DNA of 64,000 bases, taken from assembly GCA_002633005.1 (NCBI GenBank), contig NMRA01000742.1, positions 106,281 to 170,280 on the forward strand. Direction: 5' to 3'. The number at the start of each line of letters is the position of its first letter. Within the stretch, counting starts at the first letter, position 1. The notes beneath the pieces were generated by a model, which was given only the letters and a program-made list of their open reading frames with translations, did not search any database and was not told where the DNA came from. Below are positions 62,434-64,000 of this stretch, piece by piece. The position numbers and the translations under genes were made by a program. The stretch is from Phoronis australis (lineage: Eukaryota; Animalia; Phoronida).

Positions 62434-63424
62434 GACTCAACTTTGCTGAGACCAACATTTTTAATGTTGATAGGTCTCTGATTTGATTTGGTTGCGTTGT
62501 TTTTTTTTTGTTTTTGGTTTTCAAACTTGCCGAATCCATGCCATACGCGCACCCAGCCTTTAAAGGCACTATTTCCGCTTCATTTTTGTTAAAAACTTCA
62601 TGAAACGGATCTTTACGCAAACACTTTTATTCGAANTTTGTCGTAATTGCGATATTTCTATTTTTCAATACCGTATTTATAGATTTCGTTGATATTACAA
62701 AATCACTTGTTCTTATCATCGTCAGGATTCAATAATTAACCGCATTTCATGGATTCATTAATTGCATTTGCTTACATTCTTTGTATTGTTTGGATTCATT
62801 AATCCATCGTATTATGATTGAATCGTAGTATAGTTTCAGCAATTCGTAATGAATTTGTGACATTATATAGATCACTGGTTTATTAAATGTGTCCCTTTTC
62901 ACGTGTCCAATAAGACGTTGCATTAAACGGATTCACCCTTTCTTCGCAGGCAGTCACTAATTCTTTGCATTGCACACATTCATTAATTGGTTTGTCAGTT
63001 CTTCTCAGGTTATCCATTTTATAGCATTTTAAGGATTTGCAAATTTGTTGCATTTTACAAGCTCAGTCACTCGTCCCATTTTATGGATTCCCATTGCCTT
63101 TTTTAGACCATAGTATGCACATTTTGGATAAGTTCTTTGAATTTATTCCAAGTCCACTCAAGATTCCAAGTTCACATACATGCACAACACCGCCACCTTA
63201 ATTACCGCCTACACCAGTACTATTATTTAAAAAACATTTTGCTGAAGTTTGTAGTTATAGGCTATACTTGTAAGTACTCAAGCTTTACTTTTTAGTAAAC
63301 ATGTCGGCGCAGTCGCGGGCATGTTTCTTTTATTCAGTCAGGCACATGTACATGTATGTGGTGGCATACACAGTATATGAAGCGCCAAAGAGAGTTCAAC
63401 CGCCAGTACCTTTCTGCCTTGCGT

Positions 63425-63870
63425 ACGCATAGTTTTCCTTGATGAACGCGTAGTTTTGCTTATTCAACGCGTACTTTTAACCAGCTCATACCGTCCCGCC
63501 TAACACGCTCGTGCTCTCAAATCTCAAAATGGCGAAAGACTGATGGGTGAAAGACAACGTTAACTTTGAAGAATGTTGCAGATTCGTATCATGTGCCCAC
63601 GAAAGTAAACTTGTCTTTGATGGGACATGCTAGAATAACTAATTCAGCGCGTTGGGGACTAAGCAAAACTACGCGTTGATCAAGCAAAAGTGCGTGTTGA
63701 ATAAGAGCACAACGATGATCGTTCGAGAACTAACACTACGAGTTAAATAAGCAAATCTAAGCGTTGCTTAAGGAAAATTGTGTGTCGATAATGAGAAGAA
63801 AAACGACTAAAAGTAAGCGTTGACTAAGCAAATCTACGAATTGATTGATCAAAACTACATACTTGTTAAG
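63425..63870. repeat. Degenerate about 21-bp repeats in inverted arrangement
   Basis: TAGTTTTGCTTATTCAACGCG copies at about 63430-63471 and reverse-orientation copies (e.g. CGCGTTGATCAAGCAAAA) from about 63648 to 63870. Confidence 0.55.
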
Positions 63871-64000
63871 CACGAGCAGAAATCTATTAGTTTACGAACC
63901 CTTTGGGCCACTTCCTAATTCCGTCTCTGTATTCTTAAAATAATAGAGAAAAAATTTACGATTTATAAAGCATTATTAATGTAGATGAATATGTCATGAA

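Overview
This is eukaryotic (metazoan invertebrate) genomic DNA, AT-rich and intron-containing, so most entries in the six-frame ORF track are spurious. I reconstructed three multi-exon genes by hand from GT-AG boundaries with consistent codon phase. (1) A secreted astacin/M12A metalloprotease, signal-pro-astacin-EGF-CUB, minus strand, 11 exons, about 627-18257. (2) A DDAH (dimethylargininase)-family gene, plus strand, 5 exons, 29883-41069. (3) FBXW5, minus strand, 7 coding exons, 46529-57884. The most interesting observations: the DDAH homologue is intact but has lost its catalytic His and Cys plus two substrate-contact residues, making it a probable pseudoenzyme; the octamer TACATGTA is strongly over-represented in non-coding DNA, and one pair of repeat copies shows it as a TA versus TACATGTA indel, matching the Tc1/mariner excision footprint; three distinct MITE families share CA...TG ends and 5-bp target-site duplications; a young LINE is nested in a MITE; and a long fold-back element with Pol III box-like motifs lies in an FBXW5 intron. 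There is no CRISPR array or prokaryotic system. All homology calls come from motif recognition, not database searches.
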